Part shown: positions 36,027-48,160 of the stretch, in pieces
How the letters are laid out: each line of letters begins with the position of its first letter
Numbering within the stretch: the first letter of the stretch is position 1
Source of the DNA: Zancudomyces culisetae HAW-14-8
Taxonomy: Eukaryota > Fungi > Kickxellomycota
Assembly (NCBI GenBank): GCA_052426225.1
Contig: JBNJNM010000011.1
Coordinates: 5,146,001-5,210,000, forward strand
DNA: 64,000 nucleotides
Direction of reading: 5' to 3'
The notes under the pieces: generated by a model
The model's input: the letters and a program-made list of their open reading frames with translations, nothing else
The model's database searches: none
Told to the model about the DNA's origin: nothing
Translations under genes and position numbers: made by a program

Positions 36027-37820
36027 ATGAAAAAGCACACATATTACGCACTAATGCTGACCAAACAGGTCATTAAAAACTGGGTAATTATAAGAATTGA
36101 ACAGAATGTGATCTTCACTTTACTCCACCAACACACACAACTGGTTTTAGGACTTTTACTGAATGGAATTATAATTATACGGGTTTTATGCTTGGTATGG
36201 TGTAATTCTGTCAAGGAAGGGTGTGATAAACACGCGTTTCTCTGTACCTTAAATATATCATATACAGAAGCATTTGTTGCGATTTTTTTATATGTCCTAA
36301 GTAATAGGCTATTGATACGAGGAATTAAAAAGCGAATTGTCGAAAACATGCAGCGTGGAAGGGAGGGAACGGTAAAAGTTCGGAAACTCGAGGATGTGAT
36401 GATGGACGATAAAGTAGCTAAAAATGTAGCATCAAGGAAAAAGGGAGGAAAAGGCTTTATTAACCTCCCAGAATATGTAGAATCCTATGAATTTAACGAT
36501 GGTGTATTTACAGTGACAATTCCTACAGGAGAAAAGCTATTTGTAGTTGGTGGGAAGTTTATGAGGGAGTTTATAAGCCTTCCATCAAATATGTTTAATA
36601 AATCGAGAATATTCTTTTTCGGACTATCGCGGTACTATGCTGTATGTTTGGAGGATGAAGCAGGGAAGTATAAAAGATATGGAATGCTTTTTTCATATTT
36701 CATATCCAAGATCGATTTACCCGAATCAATAGATACATCCCAAGACGTAATCGCACGAATAATTAATTATGAAGTTAGTAAATATATAAAAAACAAAGAT
36801 ACTGGGGCAGCAATATTTAATGTCGAAGGAATGTTAAGGAATATAGTTTTTTATACATTGCTGTTTCGCTTTTTTGGTGAAATAGGAATTACAAACAAAA
36901 AATTGGTACAGACAATAAAAGGCTTTGTTTCTGATCCAGCAATTTCATCAAATTATAACTGGACCAAAGAAGCCTTCTTCAAGTACAAGTTTATTCGAGG
37001 AAATTATTTGACAAAGTATCTAGAAACAGCAGTTATGCTTCGCACAAACCATCCGAAACACACACTACCACGTGATTTAGTACAATTTCTAGCTTCAAAC
37101 AAGGAGTGGTTTGATCATAAGGATGCACATATTATTTCATATTCACTATTACTGGTTATAAGAAGTGGTGTATACTTGTCTACGGTAAAACTACACAGTG
37201 TTCTTACGGAGTTATCGCTACGCAAAGATGTATTATTAGAGTTACGAAAGGAGCAAGAAGATATAATGTCAAAATATGGATCCGATTTAAAGTACGCACA
37301 CTTGGATCAGATGATTTATCTAGATGCTTTCATTAAAGAAGTTTTTAGACTATCAGCCTCTGCAAAAAACCTACTCCGTAGAGCAACCGCCGATATTACA
37401 TTATCTAATGGTGTTGTCATACCTAAAGGTGGCTACTCAACATTCAATATGCATTCGTATAATAGGATGCATTCATTATTTGGAAAGAATTCAACAGAGT
37501 TTGATTATAAGAGACATGTCCGAGCAGGTGCCTCGCTCAGCGACTGCTCTCCTTATAATTTAGTATGGAGTGCGGGACCTAGGATCTGTGTTGCACGAGA
37601 ATATGCGGTAGCAATTTCAAAAACAATTATGGCGATATTAATTCGAAACTACTCTATTGAGAATCTGCTAAAACCACCTAAGGGATGTGAGTACACTCCA
37701 CTTGATTTCAAACTTGGGTCTTTCGGCCTTTATTTAGAAAGGCTAAATGGCCAAAAAAACAAATCAAAACATAAAACTAAAGGTGTTACCAGGCAGAATA
37801 GGGTAATATTTGAAGAGTAA
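36027..37820 (+). CDS. Cytochrome P450, atypical (5' end uncertain)
   Basis: K-helix YLDAFIKEVFR (ExxR), LSNGVVIPKG, heme ligand WSAGPRICVARE, preceded by LRKEQ. Hydrophobic N-terminal segments. Confidence 0.88.
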   Translation: MKKHTYYALMLTKQVIKNWVIIRIEQNVIFTLLHQHTQLVLGLLLNGIIIIRVLCLVWCNSVKEGCDKHAFLCTLNISYTEAFVAIFLYVLSNRLLIRGIKKRIVENMQRGREGTVKVRKLEDVMMDDKVAKNVASRKKGGKGFINLPEYVESYEFNDGVFTVTIPTGEKLFVVGGKFMREFISLPSNMFNKSRIFFFGLSRYYAVCLEDEAGKYKRYGMLFSYFISKIDLPESIDTSQDVIARIINYEVSKYIKNKDTGAAIFNVEGMLRNIVFYTLLFRFFGEIGITNKKLVQTIKGFVSDPAISSNYNWTKEAFFKYKFIRGNYLTKYLETAVMLRTNHPKHTLPRDLVQFLASNKEWFDHKDAHIISYSLLLVIRSGVYLSTVKLHSVLTELSLRKDVLLELRKEQEDIMSKYGSDLKYAHLDQMIYLDAFIKEVFRLSASAKNLLRRATADITLSNGVVIPKGGYSTFNMHSYNRMHSLFGKNSTEFDYKRHVRAGASLSDCSPYNLVWSAGPRICVAREYAVAISKTIMAILIRNYSIENLLKPPKGCEYTPLDFKLGSFGLYLERLNGQKNKSKHKTKGVTRQNRVIFEE

Positions 37821-37999
37821 ACTTACAATCTTCAAAAAAAATAGAACCTAGAAAAGATAAATGTCTAGGGAAGTTGGTATTGTCGCTGCCTGTATAGACA
37901 AAATTTTGTATAAAATATGTTTAGCAGCTAATAGTCCGGATTGATTATCACTTTTAAGATGGGTTATTTATCACTAGGTATTAAATTATCCAAGATTTT

Positions 38000-38810
38000 T
38001 CAATAGTTTTCTACAATGGTTTGGGATCCCCGCTCGCTGGCCAGGATCGGAAGAATTTGAGCCAACAGCTCCCGCTTTGGAATACCCAGCAGCGAACAAG
38101 CCCAAGAGTGTAGGCCTGACTGTGACAGTCCAGATTGTTGAGAGGTGGTGTTCATGGACCCAGAAGATATGGGAAGTGTTCCAGTGCTATTTTCTTTACA
38201 GGTTGGTGGTGAATTGGTAGAGTTGGAATTTGTAGGGCTTGTAACAGTTGAGTAAGATGATGACGCTAACAACCCTTTCGTATTTGGTGGGACTAATAAC
38301 TCACTACACAAGGCTAAAATTCGTTCGGCGGAACCATTCGTAGCAAGCCAACGCGCATAGAGGTTTAACCAGTACACCATTTCTTCAGGACAACCGAATG
38401 CCTTGCTATTTAGGTACTGTGATTCTACATGGCTTAGGGTTAACTCATCAGTGGTTTTCCTATCTAAAGTGGATTCGTCCTCAATAGTCGTATTCAAAGT
38501 ATGTGAATGGTTCATAGGCTAGCTAGTTGGTATGCCGAAAATAGGCTGTTTGGGCGTGAGTGAAAGAATGATATTTTAGAATTGAGATGCTTTTTGGGAT
38601 CGAAAAATTTGAGCCAGCTGTTGTATCCAAAATTATAAGTGTACACATTTACATTTGAAAAAACCAATAAAAAGCGTTCTATTCGGTAAATTTAACCACC
38701 AGCGTCGTATCCCTTGGCAGCTAGCACAATTGACTGTTTCAGTACAACAACCATTGGCTAGCAAGAATAAAGGGTGGTTTTGCATATACTTGAAATATGC
38801 CACTATCACT
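38000..38810 (-). pseudogene. HIR1: HIR1/HIRA C-terminal fragment, disrupted
   Basis: TLSHVESQ..EEMVYWLNLYARWLATNG..RILALCSELL..W..LLGIPKRELLAQILPILA matches the Hira C-terminal domain. An in-frame TAG lies just upstream (38519-38521); further HIRA-like text (LLVFSNVNVYTYNFGYNSWLKFFD) is in a shifted frame. No WD40 repeats seen. Confidence 0.75.
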
Positions 38811-40619
38811 CGGATTTTCGAATGAGAAGAATGTTTTTCTTTTTTCAGTTTAGGAACATGACCTGGAAGAATTATAAGGATTACATATTCTTTTTCTTTC
38901 CGACATTTTGAAAAAATAAGTGAACGGGCGTAAAGATCATTTTCACTTTATCAGAAACCTCGAGTCAACGCCTGGTGAGTATGGCGCCTCTAGGGGGGTT
39001 GAGGGGAATTGATAGAGCAAATGTTGTGTATAATCAATTTTTAGGTTTTTTGAATATTTAAATGTTAAGAAAGAAAGAATAAAGAGAATTGGCCCATTTA
39101 AAAGGAATCGATTCCAACTGAGGTGGACTCATCGTGTATGCAACGAAGTGCGATAATATGTCGAATATTCAAAAAAAGTTACACCGCTTTCCATCATCAA
39201 CATCTACAATTCGATACTGAAGCAGTTTTTCAAATACAAACATGACATTCCAAGTACTATCGTAATTAAAAAAAGACATATGAGTTTATAACACATACAG
39301 TTAGTGATTGTATCAAAACAAGGGGGATGGGATACTCTGCATCCATATCTGGTGATTTAAAAGTTATTTTGGTACCAATTTGATCATCACACCTATCCTC
39401 CGTGCCATAAACTCCAAATTGATCAATAAAATTTTAGAAGCAACTATCTTTACCAAATTTGTCAAAAACAACAAAAATCTGGCGCTACTTCCGCAAAGCT
39501 ATCACAAGTGTACATTACTTGCATTTCTTGCATATTTTTTTGGCTAAGCGTGCTTAAATTTTCATACTAACTCTTCAAGGCTCGTGAATGCTATTGGTAA
39601 ATAATAGAAAGTTTTATAATCCAACAGGATAACGAATTAAAATAGAATGTGATATAAACGAAAAGATAAGGGCACTGTTTTGATATTATTTTTATTAAAA
39701 ATGCGTCAGTATCAGTTTAAAGCATTAATGTTTGCGATAATATCAATGCCTGTAGTTTAAAAATGTGTTATCCTGTTCTAAGCATAAAGTCCCACTAAAA
39801 GAGTAACATAGGAGCTTAGAGTTTCTGTAGAGTTTAAATTATGATCTGCACCCACAAGTTTAGATAAGAAAAATAAGAAAGTAAACGAATTTTACAGCTG
39901 ATACTAGACGCTTGCTGTACAAACACAAAGACATTAACTACTGTAATTAGTCTCAGGTCATAGGATTTGTTAAAGAAATCTACAATGTTTCAAGTGGTCA
40001 TCATTACGGGCAAAGCTACTTAAAAGTTGTATTGCTGAAATCGAAGAACATTTATCAGTTTTTAGTGTCTCTTTCTTTTTATGAGTATTACTCTTACTTT
40101 TTACTTTATCGGCTGAGAAATGTAACTTGAGCGTACAAAAAACGTAATATTAAATGGGAATAGATTAAATCAAAAATTGCGTTTTCCATAGCTTTTTGGG
40201 ATATATTTTGGTTTATCCAGTCTAGTGTCAGTACAATATTATCTATTCTTGAGCTATTTTACCAGTAGTGTTTATCATATCTGAATAAATAATTAACTAT
40301 TATAATTTAAATTCAAAATATTTAAAAAACCACTTGTGTAATATTTATAATTGAATAAAATCAATACTTTTATTATTATGCGAACATCCAAATACAATTA
40401 TGTGTATCAATCTTTATTATAGATCAAAGATCGTTTATTAGTTACTCTCTTTTTAACTAATAGTTTATTCTATAGCAATATAAAAAAATTAAACCAATAT
40501 TGAAAATTTAAACTTAGAGCTTTTACACTAAATGATGTATACAACCAAAGATATCTGTATGATAATTTATAAATTAAATAACCTAGCTAAATAGAGGAAA
40601 TTTGAACTTTAACCGATAT

Positions 40620-41230
40620 CACCTGGTTCTCTGTTGTCTCATTACTATTACTTGAGCTAGGTATAGGTGGGGATCGAGTGGGTCATAGTTCTAGCTGATC
40701 AATCAATCATAAATAAGCTTACATTTCATCAAACTAAACATATTATTGTACTAATAATGATTGAGTACTATTTCAAGTTAATAAATTCTGAATTCAATAA
40801 CTTTGTATGTATATACTCAAACCCAACCAAGCAAATGAACCAAAAAATCTACCATGGCGTATAGGATGATAGGGAACACAATGTATAGCGCTAAATTTGT
40901 TGAAAGTGGGCACTATTGGTACTCCGAGTCGATTCAATGTAGCCAAGAATTGACCCAGCGTCAAGACAGGAGCGGGTTTGGTTGGTGCTGAGGAAATTGT
41001 AGATGTAAATCCGTCTCTTGTCAGAACGCCTGGGATTGTCAATTCAAGAACTGTAGTTAGGTTTATTTTGTGACAGCTACTTTAAATTTTGAGATTTAGG
41101 TACCAAGAATAGGCAAATTATCGACTATAAAGTCAGGGATGATTATGTTTGATCAGCGGGTTGTTTGTGGAATAGCCTTGATGCTTCTCGTTTGTAGGGG
41201 TTATTAAATGATATGGTTTTCTTTTTTTTT
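40620..41230 (-). pseudogene. Decayed coding remnant, possibly PEBP-like
   Basis: Fragments NIIIPDFIVDNLPIL|VLELTIPGV..TSTISSAPTKP across a GT-AG intron-like gap, then LYIVF..AMVD and YDPLDPHLYLAQVIVMRQ in other frames. No intact ORF. Confidence 0.25.
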
Positions 41231-42968
41231 AGATCATTTAGCTAATACTCAAGTGTTTATGAATGCAAAGTATAAATGGCTGTTAATTGTGTTTATCTTC
41301 ATTACACATTAGTTTTTCTTAATTATTTCTAGAATGAAATACCGAATGGGTTTTTATAATCTGTTTTATTTTTTCTGAGTTTGTTTCTTTTCATCTCATT
41401 AATATCTGCTTATATAGAGCACCCCAAACTATTAGCTATTAAATAAACGCTTTGAGTTTTTTAAAGAGTTGTTTTTACAAGTTTTATACTTTTTAGGTAT
41501 ATATCTACACAAAACTGATGAATAGAGTACATATACCACCATACCTTGTTTATTTAATTCAATAAACTAGACTTTTTTAATTTGATTAGAATAGATTTAG
41601 TTTGACACCAAGTTCTAAAATTTCGATAATAAGTGCCAGTGCTCGCCAAATTCTTTATCAATTTTTTGCATTATGCTGTATACATCATGCTATCTAGTTC
41701 TTAACATTTGCCTGTTCTTATTTCAATATTTACACAGAACATTGAACATTATTATGTTAATATTATTAGAAATCCGTATTTACTTGGATTAGTTTTCATC
41801 AAATTTCATATCAACAGGGAATGGAATGAAAATTATGGTTAATTCAACTGATGGATTGCACTATTTATACTTTGAATAATATTAATGTACATGTGATTAA
41901 TTCTCAGATTAAATTACGTATAATGAAAAAAGAAAAAGTATCATATTGTTGCTGGTGCTGGTTTTACAAGGATTTGCAATTTAAATGGGACTCAGCACTC
42001 AAGTGTCTATAAAATTAACTGGTGATAAAGTCCATACCTGGTATTTATATTGAAATGTTTGTTCAATGTAGTTTACTCTGTACGAGTAATTATTTCATCT
42101 ACTAACGAGACGTTTGGAAAGGGTGTTGTGAGGATTAGAAAGCATAAAAAGTTGAGAATATTACAAAGTTATTCACTTTAATTTCTAGGTTTGATGTAAT
42201 TCTTTGGTTTCACATCGGATTGTATATTATGTATGAGTACCTGACTAGTCTCTATAATGATATATTATTTTTAACTTGCTAATACTTTTTGAAACAATAA
42301 TAATTAGCCAACTTAATTTTAGTAATTTTTTTTTGCTTAGCTTATCAGGTTGCCCTATGTAATTTTGTGCGCTGATGCATCTCTGACTCTGATGAAAGTT
42401 GAGTTTTGGTTTACATACTAAAAATAACTAGAGCAATAATAATTGTTCTGTTAATGCTTTCTATAACCTGGAACGAGTTACAATGTGTGATGGGGTTATG
42501 ATTTACAACAGTTTTATTTGTTTCTGTGATACTTTCAATCGGAATATGGTGGGTACAAAGTTTATAGAGTGGTATAAAAGTGATATTCAGATAGATATTA
42601 AGTAGGGTTGTCTTTTTGTAGTGTTTATTTGATAACTCGATAGTGAATTATATCAGTAGTGCTTTTGTTTTTAATATTTTGAAAAATCGTTTTACTTCAA
42701 TTTTTCCGAGCTAAAATCTGTAAATATTTTACAAAATATACTTTAATAGCGAATTTAAAACAACAATTGCCTACTGCTCATCGATCAGTAGTACTCAGCA
42801 TCGTATGAAGATGTTTGGGATCTAAGTTTCAAATATGTAATTAATCCATAATATTAATACCGTATAATAAAATTTATCTTAACCAAAAGTACTACCTTCA
42901 TATGCTATAAAATTAAATACATAATATCCGCTACTTGTTATTAAAACAAACATGACAACATTCACTAA

Positions 42969-45152
42969 TTACACTGAGCACGCGTCATAAATGTTTGAAA
43001 GTAAACGTTTTTGTGTTGATTGATACAAAGTATAGCCTTTTCCATATCCAGCTACCTCATACTCAAGAAATAACAATATAAACAAAGATTTCATTGATGC
43101 TCTAGTACTCCGCTTTGACCATGAATAATATTCTGGTGGTTTACAAACATTTAGAATGTGAAAGTTATCCGTATCAATATTGTCAGATCGCCCTAATAAG
43201 ATTTTGGTGTTATTTGATAGTTTGCGTTTGTCCTGGCCTTTCTTTCTCATGTCAAGATTGGGTTTTTGATAAATAAAATCCAAAGAAATGTTGACTGATT
43301 GCACTAAATTCGTATACTTCTCGTGATCGACAAAATCTACAGGCGTGCTAGAAAAATGCATATAGTGTGTTAGCGATAACACACGTAAAGGTATTTTATT
43401 GTTTGACAAAAGACAACACCTGCTTCCCGCAGATGAAGGATGAGCTAAAATGAACCAAGGATTCACATCTTCCTCAGTTATTGCACTGTTTACAATAATA
43501 CTGGGCACAGGACTAATCATCCTATTGGTGTTGTAAAAATACTGCTTTATCCTATCGATCTGTGTAAGAAATTCTTGAAATATTCCCCTATTTGGAAATT
43601 GCGGTTCGAATTTTTGCAATAGCATGAGAATAAAATCTCTATTTTCGATAACATCCCTGTACTTTGAATGATCTGTGATGTAAGCTGCATTAATGAGTGT
43701 CAGTGATATCCAAAAAATCAAAAAAGGAAGATTCAAATCCATATACTGTGTTGGAATATTAGCATAACCCCATTTCAAGATCTTTACACCTTCAAGAGAA
43801 TGATCAATGCATAACATCTTTGCCACTTGTACGCGCCAGGGTTCGTCATAAAAACACTCTACGTATAATATCTCAGTCATACACAAATGGACGGCTGAAT
43901 TTATCAAAGCAAGGTGCAAGCTCCACAGCTGAAATATCAGATTCTTGACAGTGGCTTCATCAATTATAAGAAAGTTTGCGTTCTCACATAACTGAAGTTT
44001 TTGAAGTGTGTCAAATGTATACCTTCTCAGCATCTTCGAAATAACGTTCAGTTGCTTTGAGAGATCCGTGTACCTTTTAAAATCGAGTTGATAGTCTCGT
44101 TTAATCATATAGCTTCTTCGGTTTCGAAAAGCACAAATTTTGTTATGCATACCAAATACTATACATCTCATTTTTGTTATATCCGAGTTCACTCTTCTGC
44201 TTTCGCTGGTCCTGATTAATTGTATATTTTCCACTAGTATAAGTGTTTGCGTTTTGTATTCAACCCCATTTCTCCATTCATAATCGTTTTTTGGGAGTTT
44301 ATTTGCGTTTTTTAAAAAACCATCATAAATAGTGTGTTTAACGAGTCCAGCTTGAACGCTGTTGTTAAGATATACCATCCAAAACATTCTCCGCTTAAAC
44401 TCCATTTCATTCTGTTCCTGTGTGGACTGCTTCAACCCTAGATAAGCACTTGAATCAACCTTGTGCAATCCAAGCATGATACATGCGCTGTAACATTTCA
44501 TTAGATCGGTATGTGTGATATGGCTAAACCTGTTGAAGAGTTTTTGTTCAAGTAAAGCTTGGAGACACCACAAGTGATTCATTTTGAATTTATTCTGTCT
44601 ATCATCAAGCACTTTCCGGATGTAGTTCACCATTTCTCCCACTTTTTTAGCGCTCAGAAATCTTGTTACTCTGGATTCCGGCAACAGTTGTGTTCCAAGA
44701 ATCAATATTGAATAAATCATGTATCTAGGAAGTCTCAAATTTTTTATATTTTCTATCAGCATGGGTACTCTAACGGGTATCATCAGATTTGGTGTTGCAA
44801 ACACACAGAGTTTTGTGGTTTCTATCATGAAGTTCACCAGATTTATCATGTGTGTTTTGATGGTTTCATCGTAGTAGGCTTCATAACTAAAATTTCTGTT
44901 ATCTATCTTTTTTATCAGCACATATTCGTATATTTCCTCGTAAATCTTATCAAAATTAACTCTTGAACTACTGCTGTCCAGTTTAAATCGTTTACTGTTG
45001 CATAAAGTGGTATGTATCTCTATAGCCTTGGTCTCTACGCTAGCAACAAGGCTTGTGACCTTGTTGATCGTCATCATCCTACTCCTTCGGGTCGTTGATT
45101 TTTCCGGGGCCATCGGACTTACTATAGTATAACTGTAACTCTGGTTTCGCAA
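42969..45152 (-). CDS. Fungal-specific transcription factor (Fungal_trans/MHR-like) domain protein; no Zn2Cys6 cluster seen; start uncertain
   Basis: MIYSILILG, LGLHKVD..EMEFKRRMFWMVY and LPKNDYEW are the typical middle-homology-region pattern (LGLH..ExRRRxFW..Y; LP..D..W). Confidence 0.7.
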   Translation of the reverse strand: MRNQSYSYTIVSPMAPEKSTTRRSRMMTINKVTSLVASVETKAIEIHTTLCNSKRFKLDSSSSRVNFDKIYEEIYEYVLIKKIDNRNFSYEAYYDETIKTHMINLVNFMIETTKLCVFATPNLMIPVRVPMLIENIKNLRLPRYMIYSILILGTQLLPESRVTRFLSAKKVGEMVNYIRKVLDDRQNKFKMNHLWCLQALLEQKLFNRFSHITHTDLMKCYSACIMLGLHKVDSSAYLGLKQSTQEQNEMEFKRRMFWMVYLNNSVQAGLVKHTIYDGFLKNANKLPKNDYEWRNGVEYKTQTLILVENIQLIRTSESRRVNSDITKMRCIVFGMHNKICAFRNRRSYMIKRDYQLDFKRYTDLSKQLNVISKMLRRYTFDTLQKLQLCENANFLIIDEATVKNLIFQLWSLHLALINSAVHLCMTEILYVECFYDEPWRVQVAKMLCIDHSLEGVKILKWGYANIPTQYMDLNLPFLIFWISLTLINAAYITDHSKYRDVIENRDFILMLLQKFEPQFPNRGIFQEFLTQIDRIKQYFYNTNRMISPVPSIIVNSAITEEDVNPWFILAHPSSAGSRCCLLSNNKIPLRVLSLTHYMHFSSTPVDFVDHEKYTNLVQSVNISLDFIYQKPNLDMRKKGQDKRKLSNNTKILLGRSDNIDTDNFHILNVCKPPEYYSWSKRSTRASMKSLFILLFLEYEVAGYGKGYTLYQSTQKRLLSNIYDACSV

Positions 45153-47610
45153 CGTATTATTCTAGATTGCTAGAATACTCAAGTATTGCCAAGTTTAAAA
45201 AGTAATTTATCAAAATATTAGATAGAAAGTAACTGCTTCAGGATTCTCATTTCTTTAAAAAAAAATCCTTCGGTGTTATTTTGTATTAAAGCTTATATAG
45301 TGACGGATTTAACAAAAACGTTGCAAATTGGTATATTTATAATAGATTATAATTTGTTCTGGATCTGTTTATTTGACTCAATCGATCTACTAGTAAAAAA
45401 AAATTTCGCTCTAAAATGTGTATCATTTGACAAACATACTACCATTCATAAAACTCATGGTGGTTTTGATAAGTCTTTGTTCCTTAATTTGCTTATGACT
45501 TGACACACCGATATCAAAGAAAATCCACACCCATGGTTTCATGAATAAAAAGGTGGGCATGTCATCTCGGCATTACAAGCGTTTATTTATTAACTTTAAT
45601 CAATCAAAAAAAGTCACAACTGTTAGCATTGAGGTCATTCAAACATTGGTAGTGGTTTATTCATTTGTTAGCCATGACTTGTGATGATAATCTTTTTTAT
45701 GTAGTTATTATATATTACCAAAAACAGAATAAATTAAATTGAAAGAAACACTAATCAAGAAAGTGTAACTAAATGAAAATCTGTTTATTGGGTTTGTATA
45801 TTAGGAAAATTGTGAGATTTTTCTAAAAAGGTAAGAATCCGTTTTTTCGGATGTTGATATTATATTTTTTTACCTAGTAGGTTTGATAGAGAATTGATGG
45901 ATTGAAAAATTACTGAAGATTTATAAAGTATGGTGTTACAGTTATAGTTTGGTAGAATATTATGAAAAGCAATAATAGTTGTATGAGTAGAAAAATAAAC
46001 TTAGCCCATCTACCACACACGTTTACTACCCAAAATTAAACTTGAAATCCATTGAAACACATGCGTAGTACAGCAGTGGACTCGGTGAACATGGTAAACA
46101 TTTCAAAGCGTGTATTATTAGTGGCATATATGAAAAAAAAATTTTACTATCAAAAGCCAAAAGTTGAAATCTTTTGGTCATTTGATTGGGTATTTTTGAA
46201 AGATGATAAAGTGTAAACACATCAAGCAAACTTTTCTATTCCTGTATTTATTAATAATTTTCATACATTCAATCAATCTATGATTGTCTTGATATGTGCA
46301 ACAACTGTAGAATGAAGGGAAATCGGTTAGAGAAATATTAAATAGAATTCGTTTTTAAAGGATTATATTTTTTATAAGTACTACAATCGCATAAAAGAGC
46401 AATAAAAATACACAGAAATAAGTTAAGGATTGATGGCTTTGGCAACCCACTACTACTAGGATATGAAGTTCCTTACATTAAAATGCTATTTTTCTATCTA
46501 GATAGCCTTTCACTAATTCAGGTGATAAACCCTAACTCAAATCCACTAAAAAAATGCAATACAAAAAAGTGAACTCTTACTTCGAATCCATAAATAATTA
46601 TGTGTACCACTAATTTAATAGAGAAGATTTACGGTAAAGCTATTGGAAGTCAAGTGGTTAGAGTTTTCCCAAAAATAACCAATTAATATAATTATTTTTG
46701 CATTAACACTGGTTTTTCTGTGCTGATAACAGAATTAACACCAGAAATAGCCAAGTTTAATACTGAAATAGTAGTATAGAAAAGGACATGTAACAAACTC
46801 GGTTTTTTGAGTATCAACTCTTGATATCCTATAACCATTGATTATTGAAACTGTATTACTATTGAGCTAGAAAATTGTGGATAGGGTGGAACGCACCTAT
46901 AGTTGAGTTTGCATAGTAGTCTCGAGTTTTTGATAATTTAAAAAACTTTTTTGAACTAGTCTAGATCAATGTATTTAAAATTAAATAAAAGGATGAGCGG
47001 TTTGTATGTGATATTCCCAATTAAGTACAAAATAACCAAGGTTTAGCAAAAAAAAGTGTTTTTAGCCAAATACACAGTAAATTATCATTTGAAGGTAAAC
47101 GAAAGTTTATCTATCCTAACGAATAAGAGAAGCCTTTGCAAGCAGTAGTTCTAAATTCGTGTATATTTATTTTCTAGAACAGAGTGCACTCATAAAATGA
47201 AATAGGTGAGGTAAAATAATACGCTTACTATGCGTACAATTGGGTTGTAAGCTCAAAAATAAGTTCAAGAGAATCGTTTTTTATTATATTATAGAAGAAG
47301 AGTTAGTAATTCCTGCAAAGCTAATAATTTTTTTCCAAAACTTGGTCTAGATTATTGTCAATATTTAGGTTTGAATTTTATGTTGCCGATCACTGCGCAT
47401 ATTTAAAGAAAAAAGTAGCGTTTTAGCACACTTTAAAAACAAATTGGGTCTGGACAGTTTGTAATATGAATATCGAGAGTCACAACGGGTAGTTCTGCCC
47501 TAAGTATAATAGAAAATAACTATATTGCCAAGTTCATAAACTTAATGCTTCTGGTGAATTTATTTTCATAGTACAATGCTTTTGGATACATCACGTAGCT
47601 CGTGAAAATG

Positions 47611-47628
47611 TATATAAACTGCTGCTTT
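47611..47628 (+). promoter_or_regulatory. TATA box with N5-TGCTTT element
   Basis: aaaatgTATATAAactgcTGCTTT about 100 bp upstream of ATG 47714. Confidence 0.6.
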
Positions 47629-47713
47629 TTTCTTACAAAAAAATATATATCTGCTTTCCGTTAAAGCCTAACAATTCAAAATAGAATAGAATAAAGAAAA
47701 GAAAAACTAAAAA

Positions 47714-48160
47714 ATGATCAAATCAGTAATCCTTAGCGCCTTGGTAGTTAGCTCAACCTTTGCTTACAGCGTACAGAATGCACAGAACCAAGATGTACAA
47801 GCATCAGGTGAAAACAATATCTTGGAATCCAACTTCAATGAAATGGACGACGAGTGCAGACCCAGACGCAGAAGAGTCAGAAAGTTGACACTTGAATTGT
47901 TTTACAACGATAACTATAACGTTCCCCAAGGTACTTTCAAAGCCAAACCAAATAGGTGCTATGCGGCACCACAGTTTTCATCAGTAAGAATGAGTGGTGT
48001 GAGTGGAACTAGAGGTGCCATGTTGTACTGCAACCAGGCTAATTGTACAGGTAGATGCTTTGTCGCACTTAGAAGCGCAGGAAGCCAAGCCAATGGTATT
48101 TATGGACAACTTGGTTGTAACCGTGCAACATCTTATTCATGGATTTCTCCATACTTTTAA
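47714..48160 (+). CDS. Small secreted Cys-rich protein, beta/gamma-crystallin-like family, paralogue A
   Basis: Signal peptide MIKSVILSALVVSSTFA, Q/N/acidic pro-region, polybasic RRRR site, mature LELFYNDNY..RCY..FSSVRM..GAMLYCNQANCTGRC..SYSW. Confidence 0.8.
   Translation: MIKSVILSALVVSSTFAYSVQNAQNQDVQASGENNILESNFNEMDDECRPRRRRVRKLTLELFYNDNYNVPQGTFKAKPNRCYAAPQFSSVRMSGVSGTRGAMLYCNQANCTGRCFVALRSAGSQANGIYGQLGCNRATSYSWISPYF

Noticed and set aside
38960-39000. GC-rich mini-hairpin followed by CTAG, like a Helitron 3' end beside the HIR1 fragment
   Set aside because: Stem is only about 4 bp, spacing is wrong and CTAG is followed by G rather than T.
14888-45152. FAS + P450 + TF as a formal biosynthetic gene cluster
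   Set aside because: Separated by unrelated genes (SH3BGR-like, CWH43-N, hypothetical) and long gaps. Kept only as a weak hypothesis.
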